Positions 34,741-45,808 of a stretch of 64,000 bases of DNA are shown here, in pieces (the first letter of the stretch is position 1; each line of letters opens with the position of its first letter). Source of the DNA: Minutocellus sp. GHC0000111 (lineage: Eukaryota); the NCBI GenBank assembly GCA_977018835.1, contig OZ361257.1:1922001-1986000 (forward strand), written 5' to 3'. The notes below the pieces were generated by a model. It did no database searches. It was not told where the DNA came from and worked only from the letters and a program-made list of their open reading frames with translations. The position numbers and the translations under genes are program-made.

Positions 34741-36582
34741 ATGGCCACCACGACCATGGCCAACGCCGCCAGCCCCACCCTCGATCCACGACGGTACAAC
34801 CTCCTGTGCGAGTTTGCCATCCGCCACACGGCATTTCACCGTGCCGAGCTCGAATCGGTCTTGTCGTTGTGGAACATTGTCATCGGGAGAGATTGCACGG
34901 TCGTCGAATTGCCGTGCAATCCCGACCATCATAATGGTCCTGCAACATCATCATCAAAAGTAGACGAAGGCATTGGCAAGGCATCTCCAGCGGACAAGGC
35001 GGAAGTATGCAAGAAGCGGCCAAGAGAGGAAGATGGTGCAAATTCCAAGCAAGATGCGTCGCCGCCGTCAGGTACGACATCGCCGTATCACGCCGCCAAC
35101 ACCCGGCAGGCCTCGCGGTCGTTCCTCATCTTGTCCTTCCCCCGGTCGGCTATTGGGACCCAATTCCGTCACGACATTTATGGTGATGCTGGCGACAACA
35201 ATGATGAACGTGCGAGTCAATCGGAGAAGAATAGTCTGCCCGACATCAAGGAGATGCTTTCTAGATGCGTACTGATTCGGAGCGTCATTGAGCTTTGGGG
35301 AGCCGGCACGTCCATAGAAGAGTGTGCCGCCTCTGTCCAAACCTATGCTGCGTGTGCTACCAATGCCTCCAATGTGACCAAGCATCACCAATCGACCGAT
35401 CGATCGTGGAAGATTACCGTCCACACGTTGGGATCCAAGTACAACCGCGACGAGCAGAATGAAATGCGCGAACAGTTTGCCTTCCTCAACCTCGGTGGCG
35501 TGGTGCAAATGAATAAACCAGATGACGAATACATTTTCATCCGCGAAATGAGTCTCAACACCAAGGGTGGGCCGTTGTATCCGCGTCTGTCGGAGGTGAA
35601 GGAGCTCATCCCCGAGAACGATCGACGACCGCCCCTCGCGGCGTACTTTGGCCGGATCCTGGGCGGGGAGCGGAATTGGAGGTCGGATCTGGGATGCTAC
35701 AGTCTGAAGAAGAGGGTGTATCTGGGCCCGACCAGCATGGATGCCGAGCTGAGTTTGGTCATGACCAACCTTGCTAGAGTTACCTACAAGAGTTTGGCGT
35801 TTGATCCGTTTGTGGGCACGGGGTCGATATTGCTTTCGTGTGGACTGAGAGGTGCCAGATGTGTTGGCACCGACATTGATCTGAGGGTGCTGAGAGGAGA
35901 AGGCAAACGGGAGGATGCGTTCTCAAATTTTCTTCAGTACAAACTGGCAAGGCCGGAGCTCATTAGATCGGACAATTCGTTGTATCATCGGCACTACCGT
36001 CGGCACGAGCCGCTGTACGATGCCATTGTGACCGATCCACCGTACGGTATTCGGGCGGGAGCACGAAAGAGCGGCAGTCGCAGAGAAGAAGTCCGAGCCG
36101 TCCGAGAGGAGCACAGGGGGGATCACATTGCCCAGACTCGGCCGTATGACGTGTCGGACGTGATGGCCGATCTGCTGGACGTGTCGGCTAGAACTTTGAC
36201 CATGGGTGGACGGTTGGTGTATGTGATCCCCAGCATGACCGACTTTGACGAGGCCACAGATCTGCCCCGTCACGAATGCCTTCGGCTGGTCTACACTTGC
36301 TTCCAACCTCTGCAGCATCCCGAGCTGGGCCGACGAACCGTCACCATGGAGAAGATTGTGGAATACGACGAGACGAAACGAGAGGAGTACAATGCCAAGG
36401 TTTGGGTGAACGGCCCAGAGTCGGCCGAAAAGTGTGCCAACATTCGAGACCGTATCGTCGAGGCTGCCAAGCTCAAGCCGGGGTACGAGGAGAAGGCCGC
36501 CATCCGGAGAGAAAAGAGACGAGCCACCAAGGAGGCCAGGAAGAAGGCCAAGAGGGATGCCAACGGCGATGGTGCGGAATAG
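34741..36582 (+). CDS. TRM11: tRNA (guanine-N2, m2G10) methyltransferase TRM11
   Basis: FHRAELES, LKKRVYLGPTSMDAELS, DPFVGTGS, GTDID, DAIVTDPPYGIRAG. Confidence 0.92.
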   Translation: MATTTMANAASPTLDPRRYNLLCEFAIRHTAFHRAELESVLSLWNIVIGRDCTVVELPCNPDHHNGPATSSSKVDEGIGKASPADKAEVCKKRPREEDGANSKQDASPPSGTTSPYHAANTRQASRSFLILSFPRSAIGTQFRHDIYGDAGDNNDERASQSEKNSLPDIKEMLSRCVLIRSVIELWGAGTSIEECAASVQTYAACATNASNVTKHHQSTDRSWKITVHTLGSKYNRDEQNEMREQFAFLNLGGVVQMNKPDDEYIFIREMSLNTKGGPLYPRLSEVKELIPENDRRPPLAAYFGRILGGERNWRSDLGCYSLKKRVYLGPTSMDAELSLVMTNLARVTYKSLAFDPFVGTGSILLSCGLRGARCVGTDIDLRVLRGEGKREDAFSNFLQYKLARPELIRSDNSLYHRHYRRHEPLYDAIVTDPPYGIRAGARKSGSRREEVRAVREEHRGDHIAQTRPYDVSDVMADLLDVSARTLTMGGRLVYVIPSMTDFDEATDLPRHECLRLVYTCFQPLQHPELGRRTVTMEKIVEYDETKREEYNAKVWVNGPESAEKCANIRDRIVEAAKLKPGYEEKAAIRREKRRATKEARKKAKRDANGDGAE

Positions 36583-37425
36583 TAGGCATACACATGTCAT
36601 CAATTACGATATTGGTACAATGATGTAATAACGTAATCAATAGTTTGTTATCAAAAGAGTGGCTAAAATTACGTGGCAGATAACATTCTAAAATTACAAT
36701 ACTCAACTGGCCGCATGTATTGAGACTCTACTGGTCGCCAAGGCTGTCTTCGTCATCCTCCTCGTCGATGATTCGTAGAAGATCGACAGCAAAGGAGAGG
36801 TAGTGGGCCTCACTCTTCTGGGCGGGGAGGTTCTCCATTTTCCTCTGGCCCTGGCGAGATCTTCGGGGCAGAGATCTCTTCGAGGGTGCATCGTCCCTGA
36901 CGACGTCTCGTTGAGCATCTGGCGAAGGCGTGTCTTTCAGGGGAGCCTCTATCTTGGGTGTGGTTGAAGGGATTGGGTTTTCATCAGCCTCGTTGCTTTG
37001 GCTCACACGAGTGTCGTTTTCGTGATATTCTTGAGATTGTAATAGGCTTCAATTCGACCTAAAAGTTGATCGAGAGGAGTCGAGTCAGGTGAGGAGGAGG
37101 AAGCGGTGGAAGTGTCCTTGGCGTTCATCGTTCTTCTGTATTCTTCTTGAGGGTAATTGTTGACCTGGATCTACCAGCTTGGATTTGACTGAAATGGATG
37201 GCTGTGGTATGGATGATTGGTGTTCTTCTCTTTGCCTTGATTTTATAATGAGCACGAATGGGCGATGCGGCCGAAAGAAAGTCAATCAGTCAATCGGGTG
37301 CCGATTTTGCGGCTAGGCGGGATGGAATTTGAGTGCTTGAAGCCTCATCCGTCCGACGTGGCTTTCTGGTGTTCGGGTGTCGATTTTGCAGAATGGCGCA
37401 TAATACTTGAACAGCATGAGGCCGC

Positions 37426-37627
37426 AAATCGAAAGGCACGTGCGGACCTTTGAACGGGGTCAAGGCCGAGAGGCCATCGCCTCAAATGCGCCCTCAACTC
37501 GCATCGAGCTAATTGTTGTATTTGTGTGGTATTGCTACCGGAAATCGCACTATGAGCGACATAAGCACGCACGGAAATCGAAAGTCATGTGCGGGCCCTT
37601 GAACGGGGTCAAGGCCGAGAAGCCGTT
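37426..37627 (+). repeat. Two ~53-bp direct repeats, period 149 bp
   Basis: AAATCGAAAG.CA.GTGCGG.CC.TTGAACGGGGTCAAGGCCGAGA.GCC at 37426 and 37575. Confidence 0.8.
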
Positions 37628-37940
37628 GTGATGGGTTTGCTGAGCTTCTGGCCTAGAGAATAGCACACAATTGTTCATAGGCCATGAGGCTCAGTGGGGT
37701 CGTGGATTCCATCCCGTGAGGCCAAGTTTTGTAGTTTTGTGCACAACAAGAGGCCGAGTTTTTGGTGCGGCTCTGGCAGTGGAATTATTAATTATTTAAG
37801 CTCCAAACGCGGGTCATCGGGTCATCGGGTCGCCGGTCATCCGGTCTTCCTTGGCGAACAATCCCATAAATCCTTCGCCTTTACTTTCGAAAGAGAGTCA
37901 AAGTAGTTCTAAGTAATGAGAGGGCGCCACGGATTGCACC

Positions 37941-38399
37941 ATGGCACCACGGACGACGTACCCATCTCTTATATTGGCATCCGCCCTTATCCTCGCGACG
38001 CCTCCCCATGCTGCGGCACGGAGTGGCATACCAAAGCGGCACCAAAACAATTCCATCCGAGGCGATCCCAGAACGGAACCGATCAATGACCCGGACTGCT
38101 GGTGTACGACCGACACGTGCTTCCGGTGTGGCATCCACCTGCTCAACGAGGAATGCATCAAAATCCAAGCCGATGGATATTGCGACGAGGTGGTACTGAC
38201 GGTGGCCTCGGGTGGAGGTGGAGCAAAGGCACCAGACGTCAGTGACCCGCTGCCGCCACCAATTGTAGACGGGGAGGATATGGTGGCCTGTACTCAGGAT
38301 GTGGGAGAGTGCACCGACGGGAGCTTTGTCAGTCGCAATCCCAAGACCGGTTGCGAGTATGATCCCTGTCCTAAAGGTCATACTCTTGTGAGCCGATAG
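37941..38399 (+). CDS. Small secreted Cys-rich protein with CTxD..xCxDGSxVxR..CE..PCP module
   Basis: Signal peptide MAPRTTYPSLILASALILA; two Cys clusters. Confidence 0.65.
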   Translation: MAPRTTYPSLILASALILATPPHAAARSGIPKRHQNNSIRGDPRTEPINDPDCWCTTDTCFRCGIHLLNEECIKIQADGYCDEVVLTVASGGGGAKAPDVSDPLPPPIVDGEDMVACTQDVGECTDGSFVSRNPKTGCEYDPCPKGHTLVSR

Positions 38400-38837
38400 A
38401 CATGCGTGGCATTGGATTTGGCTCTGACGTACCGGTATTTGAGATGACATGTGGAGAATGGGCTTGATGCAAGTAAATAATACGATAATATGATATCGGA
38501 TGTTCACGCTGACCCAGATGTGTAACAACAACGAACGGGTCTCTTGTTTACGTGAAATTTATTTGCGTTCACCTGATGAGTGCCATGCCAGAGGACGATG
38601 CATCGACAACAGCTTCATTGTGCAAAGGACGGTGAAGGATGGGGACATTTCCAGAATTGTGAGTTGCATGTATGTAAAACAGAATGGATCAATGAAGATA
38701 CTCAAGGAACTAGCTGTAAAAAAAAAAAAAAAAGTGAATTCTAAATTAAATGCAAAACAAAGTAAATAAAGTAAATGAATGTAACGATTCTAACTCGCTT
38801 CTCTCAAATTTGACAATTCTAAGCCACCAAAAATCCA

Positions 38838-39322
38838 AGATTTTGGCGTCGTCAACCCCAGCAGTAACATAGAAACACATGTGAGCTTTATGGTGAAGGA
38901 AACATTCGCCCAAGCCTTGTATACCTTGTCTAGGTGATGCCTAAGGTGGCGCTATGCTTCTATGTTTCAGTTTGGGGTCAGAATGCCGAGATTTACATAT
39001 CAACAGCCCGCCCAGAATGCCAGATTTTGCCGTCGTCAACCCCCGGGAGCCATAGTAGTCTTTGTTGGAGGCCAAACAGCGAAGGAAACATTCGCCCAAG
39101 CTTTGTATACCTTGTGTGGGTGATGCCTAAGGTGGCACTATGGTTCTATGTGTGAGTTTGGGGTCAGAATGCCGAGATTTATATGTCAACAGCCCGCCCA
39201 GAATCTGAAAAATTGCCACCATCGACCTTCGGGAGCCATGATAGGCACCGTAGGGACCGAAGTAGTGAAGGAAACCTTCGCCCAAGCCTTAGATACCTTT
39301 TGTGTGGGATACCTAAGGTAGC
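38838..39322. repeat. 186-bp tandem repeat, about 2.6 copies, with a hypervariable internal segment
   Basis: GAAGGAAAC(A/C)TTCGCCCAAGC anchors at 38895, 39081 and 39267 (period 186). Confidence 0.9.
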
Positions 39323-39876
39323 GATGCGCAGTTTTGGTAGAATTTGTTTGTTCATCAGTTATCTTTCATACTCTAAGTTTGAAACGATTTTATCAATTCT
39401 ATCCCCTTGTTCAATTATAGGTCCTTCTGTTGTGTTGTTTATGAGAAGATGTTCTATCAAACAAATCCGGTCTTTTCAACCCAGGCCAAATTTTTGCCTA
39501 GGTACGTGGATGTAGTTGAGAGTGGCAACAAATCTCTCGGCAGCATCTCCAATCGATCGATGTAACCAGTGAAGTATGTTCCCAGAACGGATCAGAACAG
39601 AAAATAAATCGATCTTCCAGAGCAAATTTGTTTGCCGCTTGACTCACAACTACCCGATGTCGACGCCCTTTTCCGCGATGGAACAATTTCATCACGATGT
39701 GACGGCAGCAAAGCATTGCATCGACATTATGGCCAATCGGCATGTCAGCGGATGGCCTCGAGGCCGGACCCGTACCAGCCTCCCCATCCAGAGTGCCCAT
39801 AATCCAAGTTTCTTTCTTTTGATTGAGTGGTTGGGTGCAGGACATTGGCAGGCGCAATTACAACCCCCCAATCGCA

Positions 39877-40536
39877 TCACCACGTGGGTACCTTGGTCTT
39901 TGGACGGACCAAAGTTGGCGCCAGCTGATCGTTGTTGTTCGCACTCTCCAACGATCCCATGGGGGACAGATACTGGTAGTCCAACCCATTCTGCAGATTC
40001 GTCGCCCCCTTTCGGGCCTTGGTACCGCCTCCACCACCGCTACTACCACTGCCATCCGAGGCCGAATCGCCAAACATGAAGCACTGCTCCCACAACGTCC
40101 CGCGGTCGGCGCAGGCGTCCAACCGGGCGTCCTGCAGGTCCTGCAACTGCGTCAGCTCCCGCAGGGCGCGGGTGGTCGGCGGTTCCCGCCGCAGACTTTG
40201 GAAAGCCTCGGTTTCCGATAGTTTGGTGGTCACTTGCCGTCTGAGGATGGACGCCGTGATGTCCGATGGCGAGGCGTCGGCTGCGTCAGAAGGGAGGGGA
40301 GATGCTACGAGTATGCCCATGGCCATGATGGCCGATGCGGCAATTGTGGCGATGGGCGCATTGCTGTCGGCCGGCGGTATGTCTGCCTGGGCATGGCTGC
40401 TGATCGCGACGTGCCGGAATGACGAGAATGCCTCGACACTTGCAACGTGTGGCGACCATAGAGCGCACGCAAGGCACGCGGGCAGAGCAGATCGGCACCG
40501 TCGTCGTCGGCCGCTCATGGTGGGGGTCTTCGTCAT
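39877..40536 (-). CDS. Plastid (probably thylakoid-lumen) protein of unknown function
   Basis: Signal ending ASVEA-F, transit region, second hydrophobic segment ending PLPSDA (lumenal-peptidase-like site); C-terminal LDACADRG..WEQCFMFG. Confidence 0.65.
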   Translation of the reverse strand: MTKTPTMSGRRRRCRSALPACLACALWSPHVASVEAFSSFRHVAISSHAQADIPPADSNAPIATIAASAIMAMGILVASPLPSDAADASPSDITASILRRQVTTKLSETEAFQSLRREPPTTRALRELTQLQDLQDARLDACADRGTLWEQCFMFGDSASDGSGSSGGGGGTKARKGATNLQNGLDYQYLSPMGSLESANNNDQLAPTLVRPKTKVPTW

Positions 40537-40789
40537 TGTTCTTCGAGAGGGAAAATGAGCGAAGCAAAAGTAGTTGAGAATGAGTCAGTTCTCCGGGTTC
40601 TTTTATCTTGTGCCACTTGCGGAGGGGAGCGGCGTCTGTGCCAAAAATCCAAGCACAAAAGTAGCCACCACCCAAGCGTACCTAGGTACTACGTAGCTAC
40701 GTAGTAAGCATGAAGCAAAACGAAGAGTAGAGAAGTAAGCAAGCACGAACGACCATGGAGAGAAGTAGCAGCTGCAGCAGCCAGCGGTG

Positions 40790-42484
40790 ATGATGATGGT
40801 GACCTGGCTGTACACGGCCTGCACCCTGGCCATCGGCTACATGGGCTTGTCTTCGTTTGTTACCCAAAGCGTCTTTCGACAATTTCTCAGATCGTACATG
40901 ATGACGGATGTTGGCGACAAGGATGGTACGGCGACAGGGATGATGTCGTCGTCGTCGTCACAATTGTCAGGAGCCAAAACTCCAGAGGTATTTGGTGTGG
41001 ATGAATTGGTATTGCCATCGCAATCGTCGTCGGCGCCTCCAACTCGAGCACGCAGCAGCAGTAGACACCGAAAATACCCAGACGATCCCGACCTCGATGA
41101 GTACGGGGACAACGTCCATCCCATGAACAATAGCCTTACCATGGGCATCATGACCAGCGTCTCACATGAGCAGTACACGGAGACGGCACAGGAGGCCTTG
41201 CAAGACATTGACCCCCTGTGGAGAAGCGTCGACACCACGTGCACCCTGCACGTATCACGACGGAATGTGCCCAAATCTCGCACCGAACGCAAGGAGCGCA
41301 ACATCCCAAGGGATCACATATCCAAGCTGGCAAAGCGACTCGATGAATTCACCTTTGACTTTAGTACATTGCCAGATGAGAATGCTGACGCCACCATGCG
41401 ACTGTGTCGGGTGAACGGTGAGGGGGATCCGACCAAGGCGGCCATACTCACGCTCGCGTCCGACATTGGGTATTTACAGAAAGATCTGACGGCCCTACCG
41501 GCATTTTTGAACAAGATGACGTACGCCGAGCACAGCAATACGACGCTGTATCTGTTCCTGGGATCGCTGGACAAGCGCGCCATCCGAGAACGGCCGGGAT
41601 TGCCATGGAACAGCCCATGTTCCGCGCAGGAGGAGAACTCCAACCACTTTTTGAAGCCCATTGCGTTCCTGTCCTTGCTGGAACTCGCCAAACCTCGGCA
41701 CGAGTGGATATTCTTCATGGATGCCGATGCCTGGTTCAATGAGGGAGCTTTCTACCGCCACGATACGAAGGGGATGCACATTGATTCCTATTTCAATTTG
41801 ACTTCCAACCCAATCTCGTTGGTTGGATCGCAGAATCGCTTTACTTGGTACCTCGAAGAGAAGAGCTATACGCCCATAATATTGAACGGTGGGTTGCTTG
41901 GACTGCGCAATGACGAATGGTCGAGACAGTTTTCGGCCCTTTGGTGGCGATCGCGATGTGGATTCAAGGATCAGCTGGGACTGTGGAGCATTCTGTTGGC
42001 CTACTGGAGTTCCGAAGTGGACCGGATACGAAGAAGTCGTGGTAGCAGTCAAGCACAGTCCAAACAGGTTGATGATGACGAGATGGCAAACTTTGTGTTT
42101 GAATTTGACAAGTCGGCGTTTGACAACTACACAAACACGCACTACGTGTACCACCATTTGATGCACAATGCCAACAAGATCCGTGCAGCCACTGGAATCG
42201 ACGAAGCGAACGATAATGATGGTGGGTTCTTTTATAAAAAGACGGGCTTTTTAGCAACAGGCGTTCCGCTGGAGCTACCGAGGGTGATGGTGCTGCCAAC
42301 ATCGTCGGTGAATGATCTCCCAGCACTGTTTTCGCAGTCTGACCCTGTAAAGTTTGGTCCCAAAGACACCTTCATATGTCACCAGAAACTATTCGAGAAG
42401 AAGGCGGCAAAGCTAAGGACCACGCACTGCCACGAAAGAAAGATATGTAGTAGCGGCAAATGCGGTAAGTATTATATCCGTTAG
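40790..42484 (+). CDS. Type II membrane glycosyltransferase, GT34 (GMA12/MNN10)-like
   Basis: N-terminal TM; NKMTYAEH, WIFFMDADA (DxD), LNGG, DQLGL motifs. Confidence 0.7.
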   Translation: MMMVTWLYTACTLAIGYMGLSSFVTQSVFRQFLRSYMMTDVGDKDGTATGMMSSSSSQLSGAKTPEVFGVDELVLPSQSSSAPPTRARSSSRHRKYPDDPDLDEYGDNVHPMNNSLTMGIMTSVSHEQYTETAQEALQDIDPLWRSVDTTCTLHVSRRNVPKSRTERKERNIPRDHISKLAKRLDEFTFDFSTLPDENADATMRLCRVNGEGDPTKAAILTLASDIGYLQKDLTALPAFLNKMTYAEHSNTTLYLFLGSLDKRAIRERPGLPWNSPCSAQEENSNHFLKPIAFLSLLELAKPRHEWIFFMDADAWFNEGAFYRHDTKGMHIDSYFNLTSNPISLVGSQNRFTWYLEEKSYTPIILNGGLLGLRNDEWSRQFSALWWRSRCGFKDQLGLWSILLAYWSSEVDRIRRSRGSSQAQSKQVDDDEMANFVFEFDKSAFDNYTNTHYVYHHLMHNANKIRAATGIDEANDNDGGFFYKKTGFLATGVPLELPRVMVLPTSSVNDLPALFSQSDPVKFGPKDTFICHQKLFEKKAAKLRTTHCHERKICSSGKCGKYYIR

Positions 42485-42511
42485 TAAGAGCTTTGCTATT
42501 CTAAACCACAT

Positions 42512-43910
42512 CTACCTTGATGCCAAAAGGGCCGCAAGTACAATGAGTATCCCACCAAGCTTCTCCATCGATGACGTTATTTCGCCAAGAAGAACTCGTC
42601 CAAGTATCATGGTAAACACCGGCTCGATGCACAGTAAAATGTTAGCCTCGCTCGCACTAACAAGACGCTGGCCCCACTGCTGGAGGATATCTGCGAGTGC
42701 ACCAGTTGCCACGGCAGAAAACAGCAATAGTGCCCATGCCTGCCAGCTTTTCCATCCCAACCAGAGTTCGGCGACGGCATCCCATCCTCCATCGTCCATA
42801 AGGTAGCATCTTATTGCTGACACGATCACCCACGATGTGTACAGGAGGGCAATTGTAAAGGTCTTCAATGCCTGCAGTCGGACTTCCGGGTAGGAATTGC
42901 CAAAACTGGAAAGGCGAAAGATATACATACTCCAAGATATTGCACCGCCGAGTACTAGCAAGTCGCCTGCGCTAAATGAGAGGGACGATAGTATGGAATG
43001 AAATGTTGCCCAGATGCCATCGTCGCCGCCCTCGGCCTCCACGATATACTCGTCGTCATCGTCAGCAGCCATTGGCCGTCCTTTATCAGACAGCAATACC
43101 AACCCAACCAGCGCCGCTGCATATCCCGCCCACACCGATCTTTCGACTTTCTGTCCAAATGCACTGCTAATGAGGGGCGTGATGACGACCGACAACTGAG
43201 TGAGGAAGGACGCTCTTGCACTCTCCACAAATACATTGTAGCAGCCCAACATTGAGAAAAGCCAAAGCTCCGAAGTTCCATACGGCCAGTTCTGCGCTTG
43301 CCCACACCATTGGTCTTGCTGTGTTATATAATTTCGATTCTTTGATAAGGCTTGCATTTTCATCCATGATAGTATCTTGCTGTGGTATCCTTCTCTGAAT
43401 CTACATTGTTACCAGGGCCTGCACAAAGCACGTGACCGCCAACCAGCCTCGGACGGCGCTCAACACCGATGCCGACGGTGGTCCAGGCATTTCATATAAT
43501 AGTCTCAGCACAACGTTGAAACTACCAAACAAAAATGCAACAAAAAGAAGCGTGATCCGTCCTCGGAGTAGGACTGTGGCGGATGCAGTCATCGGATTGG
43601 TGGCATTGCTGCTGGGCGAGGCAAGTGAGGACAGTGCTGTAATGCCGGCGGTCGATTCGTCGTCGTCTGAGCATGGGCATGGTCTGGGATTGTCATGGAA
43701 GAGGTCGTTTTTACTAGATGAATTCTCATCGTCACTGTTGACATCTCCCATGGTGATGGAGAGGGAGGTGATTAGTGGGCGTGTTGGGACGCAGCCTGGT
43801 TGTGCGGTGGATGTGCCGCCATCGGATGTGCTGGTTGATGGGTCAAGGAGGGGGCGGGACGTTTCGCCAGTTGCACCGTAAGATGTGCTCATGGTGGCAC
43901 CGCGTTCCAT
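42512..43910 (-). pseudogene. EamA/DMT-family transporter with premature TAG and a 7-bp frameshifting insertion
   Basis: Motifs AELAVWNFG..LNVGLL / ESARASFLTQLSVVITP, GDLLVLGGA, QQWGQ..SASEAN..EPVF. TAG at 43401-43403 is in frame with both flanking parts; frame change at 43232-43238. Confidence 0.65.
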
Positions 43911-44849
43911 TTTGCCAAGCGCTCAAGTTGCTGCGCAAGTCAATTGGTTGTGGCAACAACTCACCACGCATGCGCACTCTCGCCACAACAGATTAGCCAT
44001 CGTTCTCATCCTCGCCGCGCCGACGAAAGTTCAAAGCGTTCGATTTTGGATCGAATGAGTCGAGTCCATGCAACTTTACACTCCCGAAATAATTTATGAG
44101 AAAATATTTGCACATGTTTGTGCGGGGAGTGGGGTTACCGCTTTACTCAGAGGTTATGAGCCAATGGTCCGCTGCTTGTTGTTATTGTTGTTTCAAGGTA
44201 CGAGGACCATGACGGATGTTGCGGCGCTGTTGAGGCCTGGTGCGGAACTTTGGATCGATATAAGACAGATGGTTGGCAGTGCGAGCGCTATGAGATACGT
44301 TGGTTATGCGCGGCTGCGGATATCGGAACATTGGGCAGGCGATCGACTTGCTTCAGAAGTTGATCAGCTGCTACCACCACCAAGCCACCGCCGTTACCGT
44401 GAGAAGGCTTCTTGCAGTGTTGGCGTCACAAAAGATTGACAAGAGTCTATCTTGAGCGTGCATCGGCGCATGTTGCAATCGGCTATGTGTGGTTGGTGGT
44501 GCTGCTGGTTGCGGCAGGGATGTCCGACGCTCGTGATACGCTTCGAGCATGAATCGCTCGGCAGGTGACTGTTTCCGGAAACCAGAAAGCACCCGATGGA
44601 CGTCTTGATCTACCTCCCTGCCACGATGAGCGAATTGGGGCAAGAAGATATCTCTGACAATGTTGTCGATGCGGCTGTTATGGCGTACGAGGAATGCTGC
44701 GTAACCAGCGAAACTTTCCACTTTTCATGCCACTGTTCGATCTTCAACAATTTTTGCTCACATATCCTTCCCTACCTCTCTCATTCATATCGAACCCCTC
44801 CAGACACAATCATTTGCTCTTATTTTTATACCCCAAAACACTCGCAACC

Positions 44850-45389
44850 ATGTCCGACGAGAAGAAGAACGTTATGAAGGAGATCAAGGTCGACAAGATG
44901 GTCCTGAACTGCTGCGTCGGTGAGTCCGGCGATCGTCTCACCCGCGCCGCCCGTGTGCTCGAGCAGCTCACCGGCCAGCAGCCCGTCTACTCCAAGGCCC
45001 GCTACACCCTCCGTTCCTTCGGCATCCGCCGTAACGAGAAGATCGCGTGCCACGTCACCGTCCGCGGAGAGAAGGCCATGGAGATCCTCGAGCGTGGCCT
45101 CAAGGTCAAGGAGTACGAGCTCCTCCAGCAGAACTTCTCCGAGACCGGCAACTTCGGCTTCGGCATCAACGAGCACATCGACCTTGGTATCAAGTACGAT
45201 CCCACCACCGGCATTTACGGCATGGACTTCTTCGTTTGTTTGACCCGCCCCGGTGCCCGCGTCGCCCGCCGCAAGGTCCGAAAGGGCCGCATCGGCCACC
45301 CCCACAAGATTACCAAGGAGGATGCCATCAAGTGGTTCCAGGACCGATTCGAGGGTGTTGTTCTTGCTAAGGCGCTCTTTATGCATTGA
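44850..45389 (+). CDS. RPL11: 60S ribosomal protein L11 (uL5)
   Basis: [39 protein letters not shown]; strong codon bias. Confidence 0.98.
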   Translation: MSDEKKNVMKEIKVDKMVLNCCVGESGDRLTRAARVLEQLTGQQPVYSKARYTLRSFGIRRNEKIACHVTVRGEKAMEILERGLKVKEYELLQQNFSETGNFGFGINEHIDLGIKYDPTTGIYGMDFFVCLTRPGARVARRKVRKGRIGHPHKITKEDAIKWFQDRFEGVVLAKALFMH

Positions 45390-45808
45390 AGCGCTTGTAA
45401 TAAAAGTAAATGAAGGGACATATCCTGTGTACACACATCAAATCATTTGTCTAGCTACGTAGTTGAAATTTGCACGGCTGACTACAGAAGACGAGATATT
45501 CTTGGATTTTGCACTTTCCTCCAGCAGGCAGAGAGCAAAAGCTTCTTCAGATGAAGAAAACGAAGATGAAAATCATCCGAGAAAGAACACACGGGTTTGG
45601 GTCAAGCGAAACCTAATCTCATCGTTTTGGTCATTTAGATTCAATGCATCTATGTTTCGACTTTGTTTCTCCACCCATTTCAGTTCCAATCTTCCTTCGC
45701 CAAGCTTTGTGGCCTGACTTGCTCCTCTCTCGCCGCCGCCTCCTCCTCGCCCCCGCTTGACTCACTGGACTGATCATCGACAACGCACGAGACGCCAACA
45801 GCACACCG

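Noticed and set aside
36728..37128. Possible small gene (MNAKDTST...YYNL + frameshift into the 92-aa ORF)
   Set aside because: Needs an unsupported frameshift and has no recognisable motif; cannot be told from non-coding DNA.
38838..39322. 186-bp array as a CRISPR array or a 62-aa repeat protein
   Set aside because: The repeat is far longer than CRISPR repeats, the context is eukaryotic and no cas genes are present; stop codons interrupt the frame.
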